From assembly GCA_951406725.2 (NCBI GenBank), contig OX597823.1, forward strand, positions 114,762,001 to 114,826,000: 64,000 nucleotides of DNA, read 5' to 3'. Below, piece after piece: positions 13,153 to 26,869 of the stretch. The DNA is from Octopus vulgaris. Taxonomy: Eukaryota. The first letter of the stretch is position 1. Every line of letters starts with the position of its first letter. Under the pieces are notes generated by a model. It worked only from the letters and a program-made list of their open reading frames with translations. It was not told the DNA's origin and searched no databases. Made by a program: the position numbers and the translations under genes.

Positions 13153-14274
13153 AGTAATTTCAACTACTCTATCTATTAGATCGAATGGCCACGCAAAGGT
13201 TTCTCTGTTGACTCAATCTCAGTTTGTTTTCTTTAGATGTGAACTGCCGTTTTTGTTTTGTTCTTGTTTTTGTTTTATCTGTTGTTAGGCGTGACTAATT
13301 GGTAGACGAAACTAATTGATGAAAATGTTTGTTGAATGATGTTAAGTCCATTAAATGTTTTGCAACTGAAATAGAAAATACACTTAAGACAGATCAGCTG
13401 TATGAGGAGAGAATACAATTCTAAACAGTTTCTGACAATTCCCTGGTACCATGAAATTATCCATCAATGCCTCCTGACGTTCATAATGACTACAGCGTTT
13501 AGAATAAGATACACTGAAGTGGTGGAGGAGTATTTCCGTTTCCTGTTTGTTACTCTATTTCATGCCAAATAACTAACCATTGTTCTTTATGTCTGGCGTG
13601 AAATATCTTCGAATCGTCATTGATGATATAATTTTATAAACAGGTCTATTCTTTAGAATGGCGTGTTATTTAAATGCTCCCTCAGGTTAAATATCTGGTG
13701 ATAAATAGCAGCAAGCTTCTGAAGTCTGGAATTGTCCATTACAGACTTTAATAGTAAACAAACCAAAGACAAAAAAAGACCAAATATAATTGAACAGCTG
13801 AATGGAATCTGCGATCAGTTCTCGAAATGACAACTTCCGGCAGCATCATGTTTCTGATCTTCCATAATTAAGTCAGTTGACTGATCTCTTTTCAAGAATT
13901 ATAACACACTGTCTCCACGCGACTGGGGATTGAACGCCCGGTTCATTGGTCCACTGGTCCAGTTCTATCGTTGGCATTAGGAGATAAGTGAGTGAACTTT
14001 TGCTGACTCGGCTCACAAAGCAGTAAATAAATAATGCATCGAAATACATCTGAGCTTATATTATAAAGGGCGGAGAGGAGGGAATAGTTTGCGAATGTAT
14101 ACAGCTCACCCAAATATACTTCGCTCAAGTATATATTGTATAATGTATTTCATTCCTAATTTCATCTTTGTGTAACATTTTAGTTACCCCACATGTCTTG
14201 CTCAGTCCCCTGTTTAGCGTAGCCTTGTACTTTTCTATATATTTTTGTGCCCTTGTCGCCATTAAAGAAATTAA

Positions 14275-14312
<38 letters not shown>

Positions 14313-14314
14313 GT

Positions 14315-14380
<66 letters not shown>

Positions 14381-14682
14381 AATATATATTGCGTATTTTT
14401 CCTAATTAAAGTACCCCATTCTTAATAATACCAGAATCACGTAAAACTATTATAAAACTTAGTCTTTGAATTAAATTTGTATAATATCTCAAGCCATAAC
14501 ATTCCTTAACCACGCCCAAGTTCTCATTTATCCAAACTTAACCATTGCAAAAACCAAATATTAATGAATTTTCCTATAATTTTGCGAGACAAAACAAAAA
14601 GGGAATAGTAGGGAAAACTGACAGAATTATATGATGTGAGACATATTGGAGCATTTTTGAAATTCAGCGAATACGTATTTCA

Positions 14683-14866
14683 TATTTCTTTACTGCCCAC
14701 AAGGGGCTACACACAGAGAGGACAAAAGAGGACAGGCAAACGGATTAAGTCGAATATATCGACCCCAGTGCGAAAGTGGTAATTATTTAATCGACCCCGA
14801 AAGGATGAAAGGCAAAGTCGACCTCGGCGGAATTTGAACGCAGAACGTAACGGCAGACGAAATACC
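14683..14866 (-). mobile_element. 5'-truncated family A SINE
   Basis: Reverse complement of 3500-3685. Confidence 0.85.
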
Positions 14867-15429
14867 CTAACACAAAACATCAGAAACTCATCAGAGTTCG
14901 TTGACTGTAATATAATACAAACAAACAAGTAAATTAATATCTTTGCCCACGTTTGGGGTTTCGTGGTTGAATCCGCTATTAATTTTGGTCAAGGAAAACA
15001 GATGTTAAGCATTATGGTCTAATAAGATTTAAATACAATCCAATGGGTAAAGTGAGTTGTTGTTTTTCTAAGCAAGATTGTCAGAAATCAGAATTACATT
15101 TAAGTTATGCCAGGCACGGATTTATCATAGAAATGAGACAATGCTTTATGACGTGTGTCTATACGTGCACGTTGCCTCGTATACATACATACATACGTAT
15201 CAAAAGTCCGACTTACACAGGACAGCAATGATATCAGGAATTCGGTGTAAGTTGAACAATTTATGTATACATATTTACGTTTTTTGTATTAAGTGTATTT
15301 CCTATTTTTGTATATCGACTTCTCCTTACTTGTCCTTACATTTATTCCGCTACCTGCTCAGTTCAAATCTCTTGACTACTACGAAGTGTATTTTATACAA
15401 AAAATGCAGGTCCCTAATTTATATACACA

Positions 15430-15655
<226 letters not shown>

Positions 15656-15734
15656 ATGATTGATTGATTGATTGATTCCAGTTCCAGCCTATGAGCTGTG
15701 GCCATGCTGGGGCACCGCCATTTGATTTTTTTTA

Positions 15735-16993
15735 CAGGGGTTGGATAAAATAATGGAAACAACTAGCATCATAGCATCATAATTTTGAAATATTTATAAA
15801 ACGTCAAAATTTTGTTTACTTTTATGCTTTTGATTTATTATTAACGTTGCTTAATACGTTTTGCTAAAATTGCTGTTTCTTTTCAGATATCAGAAAAAGG
15901 TAATTAAAATTCATTTAAATAACTGATCTAACAAACTTTCAAATTGTTGGTGCTCGTATGACAGGCGCTAGCGTAACGAAAACAGCCGAAATATTTGGTG
16001 TATCAAGAAGTACTGTCTCGAAAGTAATGACAACCTTTGAAAAAGAGGGAAAAACCTCATAATCGAAATAAAACTCCAGAAGAAAACCAAAACTTTCAGA
16101 GAGGGACCGTCGGACTCTTACGCGAAATCTTAGAAAGGATCACAAAAGTACAGCTCCCGAAATTACTGCAGAGCTTAATGACCACCTCCAGAACCCAGTT
16201 TCCACAAAAACTGTTTGCCAGGAACTGCACAAAGCCGGAATTCACGGGAAGGCTGCAATCAGAAAACCACTACTTTCAAAAACAAACGTTGCACAGCGTT
16301 TAGAGTGGAATACAAACTTACAGAATTGGTCCCTAGGACAGTGGAAGGATGTTATTTTCTCGGACGAATCATCCTTTACCTTATTTCCGACCACCGGCCG
16401 AGTATACTTGCGGAGGCAACCAAAAGAACCATTTGACCCAATCTGCCTTCTTCCAACAGTTAAACATGGAGGATGATCTGTGATGATCTGGTGCGGCTAT
16501 ATCTTGGAAATCCGTTAGCCCAATGGTTTCCCTTCATGGCAGATTTAATAGTCAAGACTATTTAAGAATTTTATCTGATTAAATTCATCCTATGGTTGTG
16601 GAACTGTTTCCGGAGAGTAACGCAATCTTTTAGGATGATAATGCACCAATTCACACAGCTAAAGTTGCTACTCAATGGCACGAGGAACATTCTAGTGAAG
16701 TTGAACATCTTATGTGGCCACCACAGTCCCCAGATCTCAATATTATTGAACATTTATGGTGCAATTTAGAAAAACATGTAAGGAGTCGTTATCCTCCACC
16801 ATCATCACTATATGAACTGCAGACTGTTTTAGTTGAAGAATTGACAAAATTTCCTTTGGAAACAATTCAAACTTTGTACGAGTCCGTACCTCGTAGAATC
16901 CCAGCTGTAATTACTGCCAAAGGTGGTCCTATCCATATTAAAATAAATGTGTTTGAAACTTTAAGGTGTTGGCATTATTTTGTCCAACCCCAA
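15735..16993 (+). mobile_element. Full-length Tc1-type DNA transposon (DD36E spacing, Incomer-like), inactive
   Basis: 27-bp TIRs: 15735-15761 CAGGGGTTGGATAAAATAATGGAAACA and 16967-16993 (imperfect), with TA on both sides; 1259 bp in total. Confidence 0.92.
15919..16941 (+). pseudogene. Tc1-family transposase pseudogene
   Basis: Paired-like HTH (TAEIFGVSRSTVSKV), GRKP-like RRKPKLS, VIFSDES (D at 16363), DDNAPIH (D at 16637), WPPQSPDLNIIE (E at 16748). The start is mutated to ATA, with several stops and a frameshift near 16492. Confidence 0.9.
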
Positions 16994-17178
16994 TATGTGT
17001 ATGTGTGTGTGTGTGTGTGGATATGTATGTATGTACGTATGTAAGTAGATTCATGTACGCATGTGTATGCGTGTGTCCACGCGTGTATGTTGAGTATGTG
17101 TGTGCCTGTGCGCGTGTGTTTGTATGTGAGTGTGTGTGTATGTGTGTGTGTGTGTGCGTGTGTGTGTGTGTGTGTGTA

Positions 17179-17720
17179 CAGAGTGATTGAAAAGTTAGTC
17201 CCTATTTTAAAATACTAATAAATTATTTATTAATTGTGATTTTTTTCTCAAATATTTTTGTTTCTTTTTTTGAAGTATGAGAATTTAATGTGTAATCATA
17301 TTGCACATGCCGTTAGTTAATATCTAAATGCCCACTTTGCTGGGAGAAGGATGGGTCGTCGTGGTCCGCATGTATTGCCAACTCGGAGTCCCGATTTAAC
17401 ACCCGGTGACTTCTTTCTTTGGAGGTGGTCAAAGGAACAAATTTGCTGTACAAAACCAAAGAATTTGGAAAAACCTGAAGGGCCTATATAAGAAGATACG
17501 TCTTCTTGCATCCCACAAGAGTTCTTGCTGAAATCAGTTGACGCAATTCCTGGGCGACTCGAGAAGCTGGTGGCAACATATAGAAGCCATATCGAATTTT
17601 AAATAAAAATAAATCCTCCATACTAAAAGCTTTCCTCTTCTATCCATTGTTTGTCAAAATTACAATTAATAAAATATGTATAAGTATTTTAAAATAGAGA
17701 GTTGCTTTTTAATGACCCTC
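17179..17720 (+). mobile_element. Internally deleted Tc1/mariner derivative with a rosa/DD41D-like transposase C-terminus
   Basis: Imperfect TIRs of about 59 bp (17179-17237 and 17662-17720). 17297-17602 reads YLNAHFAGRRMGRRGPHVLPTRSPDLTPGDFFLWRWSKEQI, close to the WIGRRG..WPxRSPDLTPxDFFLWG motif. Confidence 0.7.
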
Positions 17721-17787
17721 TCTCTCGATATGTGTGTGTGCGTGTGTGTGTGTGCGTGCCTGCGTGCCTGCGTGTGTGTATGCATGG

Positions 17788-17866
<79 letters not shown>

Positions 17867-17905
17867 AGATAGATAGATAGATAGATAGGTAGGTAGGTAG
17901 GTAGG

Positions 17906-17960
<55 letters not shown>

Positions 17961-18034
17961 GTTTCTTTATTGGCCATACAGGGCTGCACACAGATGGGAC
18001 AAGTTACAAGGTAGAGCTTTTCTTTTGGGGGATG

Positions 18035-18083
<49 letters not shown>

Positions 18084-18336
18084 CAAAAACGAATGCAAGT
18101 GAAAATACATTCACATATGTGCGTATATTCATGTTTGTGTATGTGTGTGTGCGTGTGTGCATGAGCCACTGAGTGTGTGTATGTGTGCATTTGACTGTGT
18201 GCGCGGCGTACGTGTACATGCGCGTGCGCGTGTGAATGAATGAAGGTTTGGAAGTAAAAGTTTCAAATAGTAAAATCTTTTGAAAGATGAGATGACGGCA
18301 GCTGAGAGACTGCGGTGGTCAAGGGTGTGATAGTGA

Positions 18337-18372
<36 letters not shown>

Positions 18373-18601
18373 GTGAGTGAGTGAGTGAGTGAGTGTGTGA
18401 GTGAGTGAGTGAGTGAGTGAGTGAGTGAGTGAGCGAGTGAGTGAGTGAGTGAGTGAGCGAGTGAGTGAGTGAGTAAGAGGAAGAGTTATATTAAGGCAGA
18501 ATTGAGAAGGAGGTGACTAAAAATTATGCAAAAATTAGTGTACTGTGTTGCGTGTGTATACATCTTTACTGTCTTGTGTGTATTTGTGTACAATGTACAT
18601 A

Positions 18602-18653
<52 letters not shown>

Positions 18654-18836
18654 TATATTTGTATGTGTGTGTGTGTGCAGGTATGTGGATGTGGCCGCAC
18701 GACGTGAGTGTGTGTGCGCATGTGTGTGAAACCGAGAAGCATTCGGGGGCCACAGCTGGCCATTCCCTGGTCAATAAAGCATGATCAATGAGATAAAGTG
18801 ACAATCTTCATTTATTAGAAACAATTCACATCTCTT

Positions 18837-18999
18837 TCATCGTAAATCACAAACTGGATTACATTCTCCGCCACTGATTGCCGTCTTCTTTATCTCATTA
18901 CCATCTTTGTCTACTTCGATTAAGTTATTGCCAGGGACGGAGAGGAGAGAGTTGTCAGTCATGGAACGAACTCCAGATACGTGAAGCAGAGGATGCATT
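18837..18999 (-). CDS. Candidate terminal exon of an unidentified gene
   Basis: Non-repetitive open frame [53 protein letters not shown], with AATAAA 21 nt after the stop (18811-18816). The acceptor AAACAG has a poor pyrimidine tract, and I recognise no homology. Confidence 0.2.
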
Positions 19000-19159
19000 C
19001 TGTTTATAGTGTATAGACATTCTATGTACAGAGGGTGTACAATGATCATGCATTTATGCACCACATATTTATACACACACACACACATATATATATATGT
19101 GTGTGTGCGTGTATGTATGTATGTATGTATGTATGTATGTATGTATGTATGTATGTATG

Positions 19160-19206
<47 letters not shown>

Positions 19207-19243
19207 ACATATGTATACATATCTATCTGTCCGGCATTCGCCA

Positions 19244-19429
19244 TGATAGATCGCTAGCCAATACACATTCTTTATTTTCTCTCCTTGTTTCTTACTGTGT
19301 AACTTTCTGTGGAAGAGCGTCGGCTCGAAACGTTAAAGACTTTTTCACTTCCCGACCGTTATACTAATACATCTGTTTGTTGTCTACACCACCTGTCTTC
19401 GTCTTTTTTGTGTTTGTGTGAATTCTCCC

Positions 19430-19430
<1 letters not shown>
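19244..19430 (+). mobile_element. (TA)n-associated repeat, family D, with a hammerhead-like motif
   Basis: Homologous to 32521-32700 (+), 48641-48828 (-) and 55188-55377 (-); ends at (TA)n. Confidence 0.75.
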
Positions 19431-19499
<69 letters not shown>

Positions 19500-19501
<2 letters not shown>

Positions 19502-19692
19502 TATATTCTTTTATTCTTTTATTTGTTTCAGTCACTTGACTGCGGTCATGCTAGACCACCGCCTTTAGTCGAAGAAATCGACCCCAGGACTTATTCTTTG
19601 TAAGCCTAGTGCTTTTTCTATTGGTATATTTTGCCAAACCGCTAAGTTACGGGGACGTACACGTACCGGAATCGATTGTCAAGCGATGGTGG
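19500..19692 (-). mobile_element. Family C SINE 3' half
   Basis: Reverse complement of 33420-33584. Confidence 0.8.
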
Positions 19693-20698
19693 AACCCACT
19701 TATCCAACTTTTTTACTTTACCGATTTCAACTAAGTGAGTCATTAATGTTTGTTTGCTAACACCAAACAACAACAATAATTCACGACGGTGGCTTTCAGT
19801 TCGTCATTATCCACCTTTGTTTCTGGTCGACCGCGTTGCTCAGATCAAAGTTACCAGAACGAAATTTGACAAACCAATTTGATACTGTCTACTGTGTAAT
19901 AACATTAGAATGAAATACTCCATTAATATTCCGAGCTGTCTGTGATGATGTATTTCCAAGAAAGAACTCATATTTCAAAACTGTACGAATTTTTGATTAT
20001 TCCATCTCTAGATAAAAATAGCAAAAACCGATTTATAAATGTGTGTTTGTGTGTGTATCTGTGTGTGTGTCGGTGTGTTTAACTTCCCGGCACATTTCCT
20101 CCTAGCCAACAAATTGTAGAACCACCAAAAATGTGTCACTTAAAGTTTAGGCGAATGGAAATTGAACTGCACTATTTCTGTTCCAAAATTCATCTCGCAA
20201 GTGCAAAAATCGATAATGTGTTTGTTTAGGCCTTATCCCATGCATTGAATAGTGAACTTTACTCAGTCAGCTGTTTGACGTGAACTGTGTTCACCACACG
20301 TGCAAGCATGCGTAAATTGCATGAAAAATCAAGATATAAAAACGAATCGCCGTAAACATTGTAGAAATTCGGCAAAGAAATGAATGTTCGGGATGTAGCC
20401 TGGAGGGTTTTTTCGTATTAATCGTTTGGACACATACCAATTGTTTTCATAACATTTTTAACGCTTTGAATTAAATGTGACCATTTTGCGTTGAGATTGC
20501 AGTTTGAATCACTTTAACCAAATTTTAGCAGGCCGGATTTTTGATCATCACGATACATCGCCAGCGACTCCCTGAAACTCTCCCCTGAAATCCCCGTTGA
20601 GAACTCTATATATATAAAACTCAACTTGTGTGTCTGTGTGTTTAACTTTTTGATCTACCAAGTTTCATTATTAAGGATGGAAAGTAGTGTGTAGCAAA

Positions 20699-21071
20699 TC
20701 TATGTATATAAAGCTGAAGTTGTATGTGTGTGGCAGGTTTGGTAGCCTTCACCGAACACTATCTCCTTCAAAACCCTGCAGCGCAATTTGAGAGTATGAT
20801 AGAAGAAGGCTTGCTCTTCGAGAAGAAAAGATTCAAATCGGACCATGTTAACACCAAAAATTATTTACATCAAAAAGGTGCTTTTTTTCTATGAAAATCC
20901 CTATTTTATACGATTTTTGACTGCTGTGTCACCATTTTTCGGTGTATTTCAACTGAAAAAATGTTCACTTGAAGAGAATAACAAGTTGCATAATGCAAAA
21001 GTTTTACTTTTCAAAAATTCCAATTCTAAAGGGTCGAAACAAACCCGAGGAACACCGCGTGATACTGCTAG
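20699..21071 (+). mobile_element. Non-autonomous Helitron
   Basis: A|TC start, CTAG|T end (21068-21071), decayed subterminal hairpin; homologous to 58700-59041. Confidence 0.8.
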
Positions 21072-21619
21072 TACTTTATAAAGAGCAAAATGTGTTAGAA
21101 TAAAGAAATGGATGTGTTTACTTTCTAACAAAATATAAAGATTGTCAAAATATAATAATGGCGCAAAATGAGCAGCTGTCAAAGTTTACTAATATACCTT
21201 ACTACAAATTTCATACTTGACGACCTAACAGAAGAGACCTGCTGAAGATGCCACGGAATGGAATTGAACACGAGGCAGATTTCTTATCATACGTGTTCAG
21301 AATATATATACTGCGTATGTACAATGTATAAACATTATATGTACATAGAATGTATAGAATGTATATATTTACAATGTATAGTATCTCAGGCATCGTACAA
21401 TCGTTATCTCTGACAGGATTTGATCTTGAAGTCAAGACCTACCTATCTGCAACAGCAACAATTGACCCATGTCTCCAGGCAGTATTGTTTTCGCATTTCC
21501 CTTCTATCGCCTGTAACTCTGGATAGTTTACTCCTTCCTGAGCGACAAGGATCTTTTGAGCACAGTTATATATATTTACAAATATATTTACAAATATATA
21601 TATTTACACATGCAATATA

Positions 21620-22125
21620 TATTGTGATGAGAAGGAGGAAGAAGAGGGGAGGAAGGAGTAGAAGAGGTGGGGTGGGGGAGTGGGGGTGAGCAGAGGGGAG
21701 GTGGGGAGGTGAAGAAGTGGAGGTGGGGATGTGAGGGGAGTTGGAAGATAAGAAGGAGTAGGAAGAGAGGAGAAGGATGGAGTGGAGAAGGAATGGGAGG
21801 GGAGGATAAAGTAGGGGAGGAGAGGAAGAAAGGGAGAAGAGGAGGAAAACAAGAAGAGGACGGGATGGGAGAAGAAAGGGGGGAGTTGGAGGAGGAAGAG
21901 AGTTGGAGGGGTAGGGGAGGAGGAGGGGAGATGGAGGATGAAGAGGAAATGGAAGAGGAGGAAGAAGGAGGATGAGGAGGTGGGGGAAGGAGGAGGAAGA
22001 TGGGGCTGATAGGGATGATGATGATGACGACGACGATGATGATGATGATGATGGCCGTAACGACTGTGGCACAGGTGGTGACAGCAATGAAGATTATCAT
22101 CATCATCATCATAATTAATCATGAA
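21620..22125. repeat. Polypurine (GAG/GGA-rich) low-complexity tract grading into (GAT)n
   Basis: Nearly pure purine strand for about 400 bp. Confidence 0.9.
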
Positions 22126-23400
22126 GAATAAGGTTTGTATGAATTAACAGTCAAAGGAATTCGATCATGTGTACAATTTAGAGAGTAATTGTTATCAGCA
22201 AGACACGGCTACCCACAATGGCCAGCCAACCAATGTCCAGAGAAATATTAATTAACCTTAAATGGAAACGATATTCGCAATCAGCAAATTAACCAATTTA
22301 ATCCTAATGAACATCTTTCTCATTCTACAGAACCATTCTTCATTTTTGTTAAGAATCTAACCCTCAGATAACGATTCTTTCTGCCAAAATATTCTTAGAC
22401 TATCGGCTTCTCTTCACCAATTTTGACCGCCTTATTCAATAAAATATCTTATCTCGTGTAATCCCGTGAGATTACGAAAACTTCTGAGGGATTCCTCCAT
22501 ATTGAAGAGGCTTTTCACAGCTAATCATGCAAACCTGAAATTTAAAAAGTTACTCGAATATAAGGAATCAATTTATTGATAACTATCTACGTGTGTGTGT
22601 ATGTGTGTGTATGTGTTGTATGTGTGTGTGTGTGTGTGAGTGTGTGTGCTCACGCGTGTGTGTGGGATCATGTGTTTGGTTATTGTTTCGTTTGCCTGCG
22701 AAAGGTTATGTATTGCACCAATGTATATGCCTATACGGGCATTTATATATTCACTCATACATTGTACGTTATATATATATATATATATACACACGCGTAT
22801 CAATATATCTCCGTACACATACACGCAAACACACGCAAATACCCGCATATATATCTCTCTTTCTCTCTCGCTCTCTCTCTCCATATATGTATGTGTATTA
22901 GTGTATGTATGCATTAATGTATGTATGTATGTATGTATTATGTATGTAAGTATGTATGTATATATGTATTTACGTATGTAAATATATATAGCCATTTAGC
23001 TATTTATGTGTATATATATATATATATATATGTATACATACATACATATACTTCCGTATGCATCCATACATCTTTATGCATGTGTGTGCATTAGTGGATG
23101 TATGTATGTATGTACGCATGTCGAATTTCTATTATGAAAGATTTCCTGATCAATATACGTTATGAGTGTCGTCATAACCGAGAGGCAGATGGAAATATTT
23201 CAGAGAACTTTTCAGGTTCTCAGATGCAAGTTTTGATAAAGAGATAATTTAATGATTCCACGTGGAATTATTGGAAGGAACCAATAATGAAACGACATCG
23301 AGTTCCGTTTGAAGGACCGGGATTTCTAATATATATCTGCAACACTTGTATAGATTTATCATGGCTACATTTTATTGATCCAGGGATCCGTAGTTCGTAC

Positions 23401-23516
23401 CTGATCACCGGCAAAAGAAGCTTTATCTTCTTTCCGTACGTAAGACATTTAACAAAGACTCGGTGGCTCGATTTACTTGGGTGTAAATAGGCTTCATGTG
23501 GAGGAACAGTTCCCTG
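23401..23516 (-). CDS. Candidate internal exon of an unidentified gene
   Basis: Acceptor TATCCTATTTTCTACAG|, donor AG|GTACGA; 116-nt open frame QGTVPPHEAYLHPSKSSHRVFVKCLTYGKKIKLLLPVI. No homology recognised. Confidence 0.25.
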
Positions 23517-26003
23517 CTGTAGAAAATAGGATAATTGTGTAATTGCCGAGGGTTTTTGTTATAGTTCACATATCTAAGTTTTATACCTTTTCACGGGGCT
23601 CATTGGGTGAAAGATCAAATATGGCGTGGTTCTTTGCTCTACATAAGACACAGTGCATGAAAACAAAATCAGTGAACGTGTGCCAAATATTTGTTTGACT
23701 AAACTGTGCTCAAAAGATCCTTGTCGCTCAGGAAGGAGTAAACTATCCAGAGTTACAGGCGATAGAAGGGAAATGCGAAAACAATACTGTCTGGAGACAT
23801 GGGTCAATTGTTGCTGTCTTGACTTCAAGATCAAATCCTGTCAGAGATAACGATTGTACGATGCCTGAGATACTATACACTAGCCTTCCATTCACATAGA
23901 AGATGTTCCGATGTTACTTTACACTTCTGTAAACTAAAGTGTAGATTTATGACTGTAGAACTACAATCAAGAGATTTCCAAATAAAGAAGGCTATGAATG
24001 AACCAACATGGAACTCTTTGAATATCAACTTGAACTGTGGATAGAATCAGTCAAAACTGTCCCAAAGGACAGGCTTTAAAAGAAGATAATTTATTATACA
24101 TAATCCCAGATACACCATGACAGTTACCAAAATTGAGATAGTCACGACTTAACTTCATCGTATTTCTGTTGGATTAACTTGGGGAAAAATTACAGCAACC
24201 TACCTGCAACATTATATCTGCATAATCTGAGGTCGTACCGGATTTTATGTGGAGGATTCAATGTTTGAGTGTCTTCTATGTGTGTGAGATATGGTTTTAT
24301 ATGTTCATATATTGCAGCATGATGGTAATATACTCCTGGTATTACGCATTTGTGATACAATTAGAATTAACTGTTAAAGTCATATTCAGTTTATTTATGC
24401 GGTTATAACACTTAAAACAAGCATTAACATCACAACATCACACTACTCCTTATTATAAATGTTATTTTTTTCATACGGTTTCTGCGATGTAAACGAGAAA
24501 TTACTTCAATCGCCCGTATATGTTACACCACTTACAGTATTACACACAGCAAAGTATCGATATATTGTCAGTGTGTAAATATAATAGAAATGAGCAGAAA
24601 ATTACCCGAGAAGGTTTCAAATTTTGCCAGTTAATGGCGGAAAAAGAAATCAAATAAAACAGTGGAGATTGTTTTCTGACAGGGAAAAGAGGATTGAAAT
24701 ACAAAGTTTAGATATAAAACAAAATATACATCGTACTTGTGAAACATTGCTTAGAGTCCGGCTGATGGTGCTGTGTGGTGGGGGTCATGGTTTTATGTTT
24801 GTAGTGTAGAGATAGATCGGAAAGTTAACGTGGAAGGAACGATTTGGATGCAAAAAGCTGGAGGAGAGAGATATTGGTTGGAATGTAAAAGACATTATTT
24901 CATAATATAAAAGTTGATTTAACTACCAAGGTAATAAAGGCAGTTGTCCATTCGGAATGAGATGACGGAACGTGGAGGATATTCACTGTTTGATTGCACG
25001 AGCAGGAAACATGGAGTTTGTGAAGGAAAGAGGGTTGCTGAAAAAACAGACGAAAGGAGAGGTAGAGAGAGGAGAGAGAGAGAGAGAGAAAAGAAGAGAA
25101 ATGGCGAGAGAGAGAGAGTTTTAAGTATATTTAAGTGTGTGTCTATGTGTGTGGTGTGTGTATGTGTATGCGGTGTGTACGTACGTGTGGGGCGTTGTAT
25201 GTGTATGCGTGTGTGTTTGTGTGTATGTGTGTATGTGTGTTTGTGTTTGTGTGCGTGTGAGTGAGTAAAAGTGCGTACGCTTTCGTGCATTTCTGTGTGT
25301 ACGTGTGTGGGGTGTATGTGTATGTCTGTGTGTGTATGTGTGTATGTGTGTGTGTGAGAGTGTGTGTGTGAGTAAAAGTGCGTGCGCTTTTGCGTACGCC
25401 TTTGTGCATTTCTGTGTGTACTTGTGTGTTTCGGTACGGGCGTTTGTGTGTATGGAGTGAGCGCGTGTGTGGAGAGAGGATCGTTTGCATCATCGCACGA
25501 GTGTGAGTGTGTGTGTGTGTGTATGCTTTCGCGTGTGCGTGTGGGTTTATGAGTCTGTGTGCACGGAAGATCACAAGTGTGTATGCGTATGCGTATTTAT
25601 GTATGTGTGTGCAGAAAAGAGCAGCATGTAAGTGTGTCTTCATGTCATTAGTCCTTGTGAGTGCGTGCGTGAATCCACTAAGAGAAAAGAGAACGGAAGA
25701 AAAAGGAAAGAAAGAAAGAAAGAAAGAAAGAAAAAAAATGGTGTGAATGATAAGGGAAGATTTAGAGAAATTCCGTTGTATTTTATACATATATACATAC
25801 ATACATTCATATGTATTTTATACATATATACATACATATATACATATATGTATATATACACACGCACAAACATACACACACATATATAGATATACTCAAA
25901 CACATATACATGTATATGTATATAAATATGTGTGTATACATATATGCATACATATATATATATATATATATATAGATATATACATATATATATACATATA
26001 TAT

Positions 26004-26063
<60 letters not shown>

Positions 26064-26064
26064 A

Positions 26065-26109
<45 letters not shown>

Positions 26110-26657
26110 CATGCATGCATTAGCGAACTGTGAAGAGGAATGTCTGAAAACGTATGCAGAACACATTTGCTTCAACGACCAGCAAGAAATAAATCTGATT
26201 GGTTATCGCCAGAGAAGCCATTTTATAGACGTAACTGTATTTAGAAACCGATGAAACAGAAGGAAGACGATTCTAGTAAATTCTCTGCGAAAATTTAGCT
26301 TCGGAAATGCATGGCAATAAATTTGCACCACGCAAACAACTGTAAAGTGGGAAGGAAAAAGGAAAGAAAAGAACGCGAAATACGGCAGTCGGGTATTTAC
26401 GATATAGTCTTGGAGTCGAATAAAATCAAAGCAAAAGCGCAAAGGTCAAATCTTTTTCTTTCTCACTTTAGTTATTTGTGTGCGCATGTATGTGTGTGCG
26501 TGTGTATAGATAAATGTATTTTCATTGGTGAGTGTGTGCATGTGTGTAATAAGGATGTATAAATATGCGTGTGCGAGTGGTGTTGGCATACTACATTCAT
26601 ATGTATATATACATACATATAAATATATAATATAATATATATATATATATTTATATA

Positions 26658-26707
<50 letters not shown>

Positions 26708-26804
26708 ATATATATGCATATATATATACATACACATATATATATATATACGTCTGTTGTGAATTTTGAACCTCACGTGTGTTCTTTATATGTGTGTGTA
26801 TGTA

Positions 26805-26869
<65 letters not shown>

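Larger units (their letters stand above)
21375..23879. repeat. Inverted duplication with arms 21375-21567 and 23702-23879
   Basis: Arms are near-identical reverse complements apart from an indel of about 12 nt and a few differences; spacer about 2.1 kb. Confidence 0.85.
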
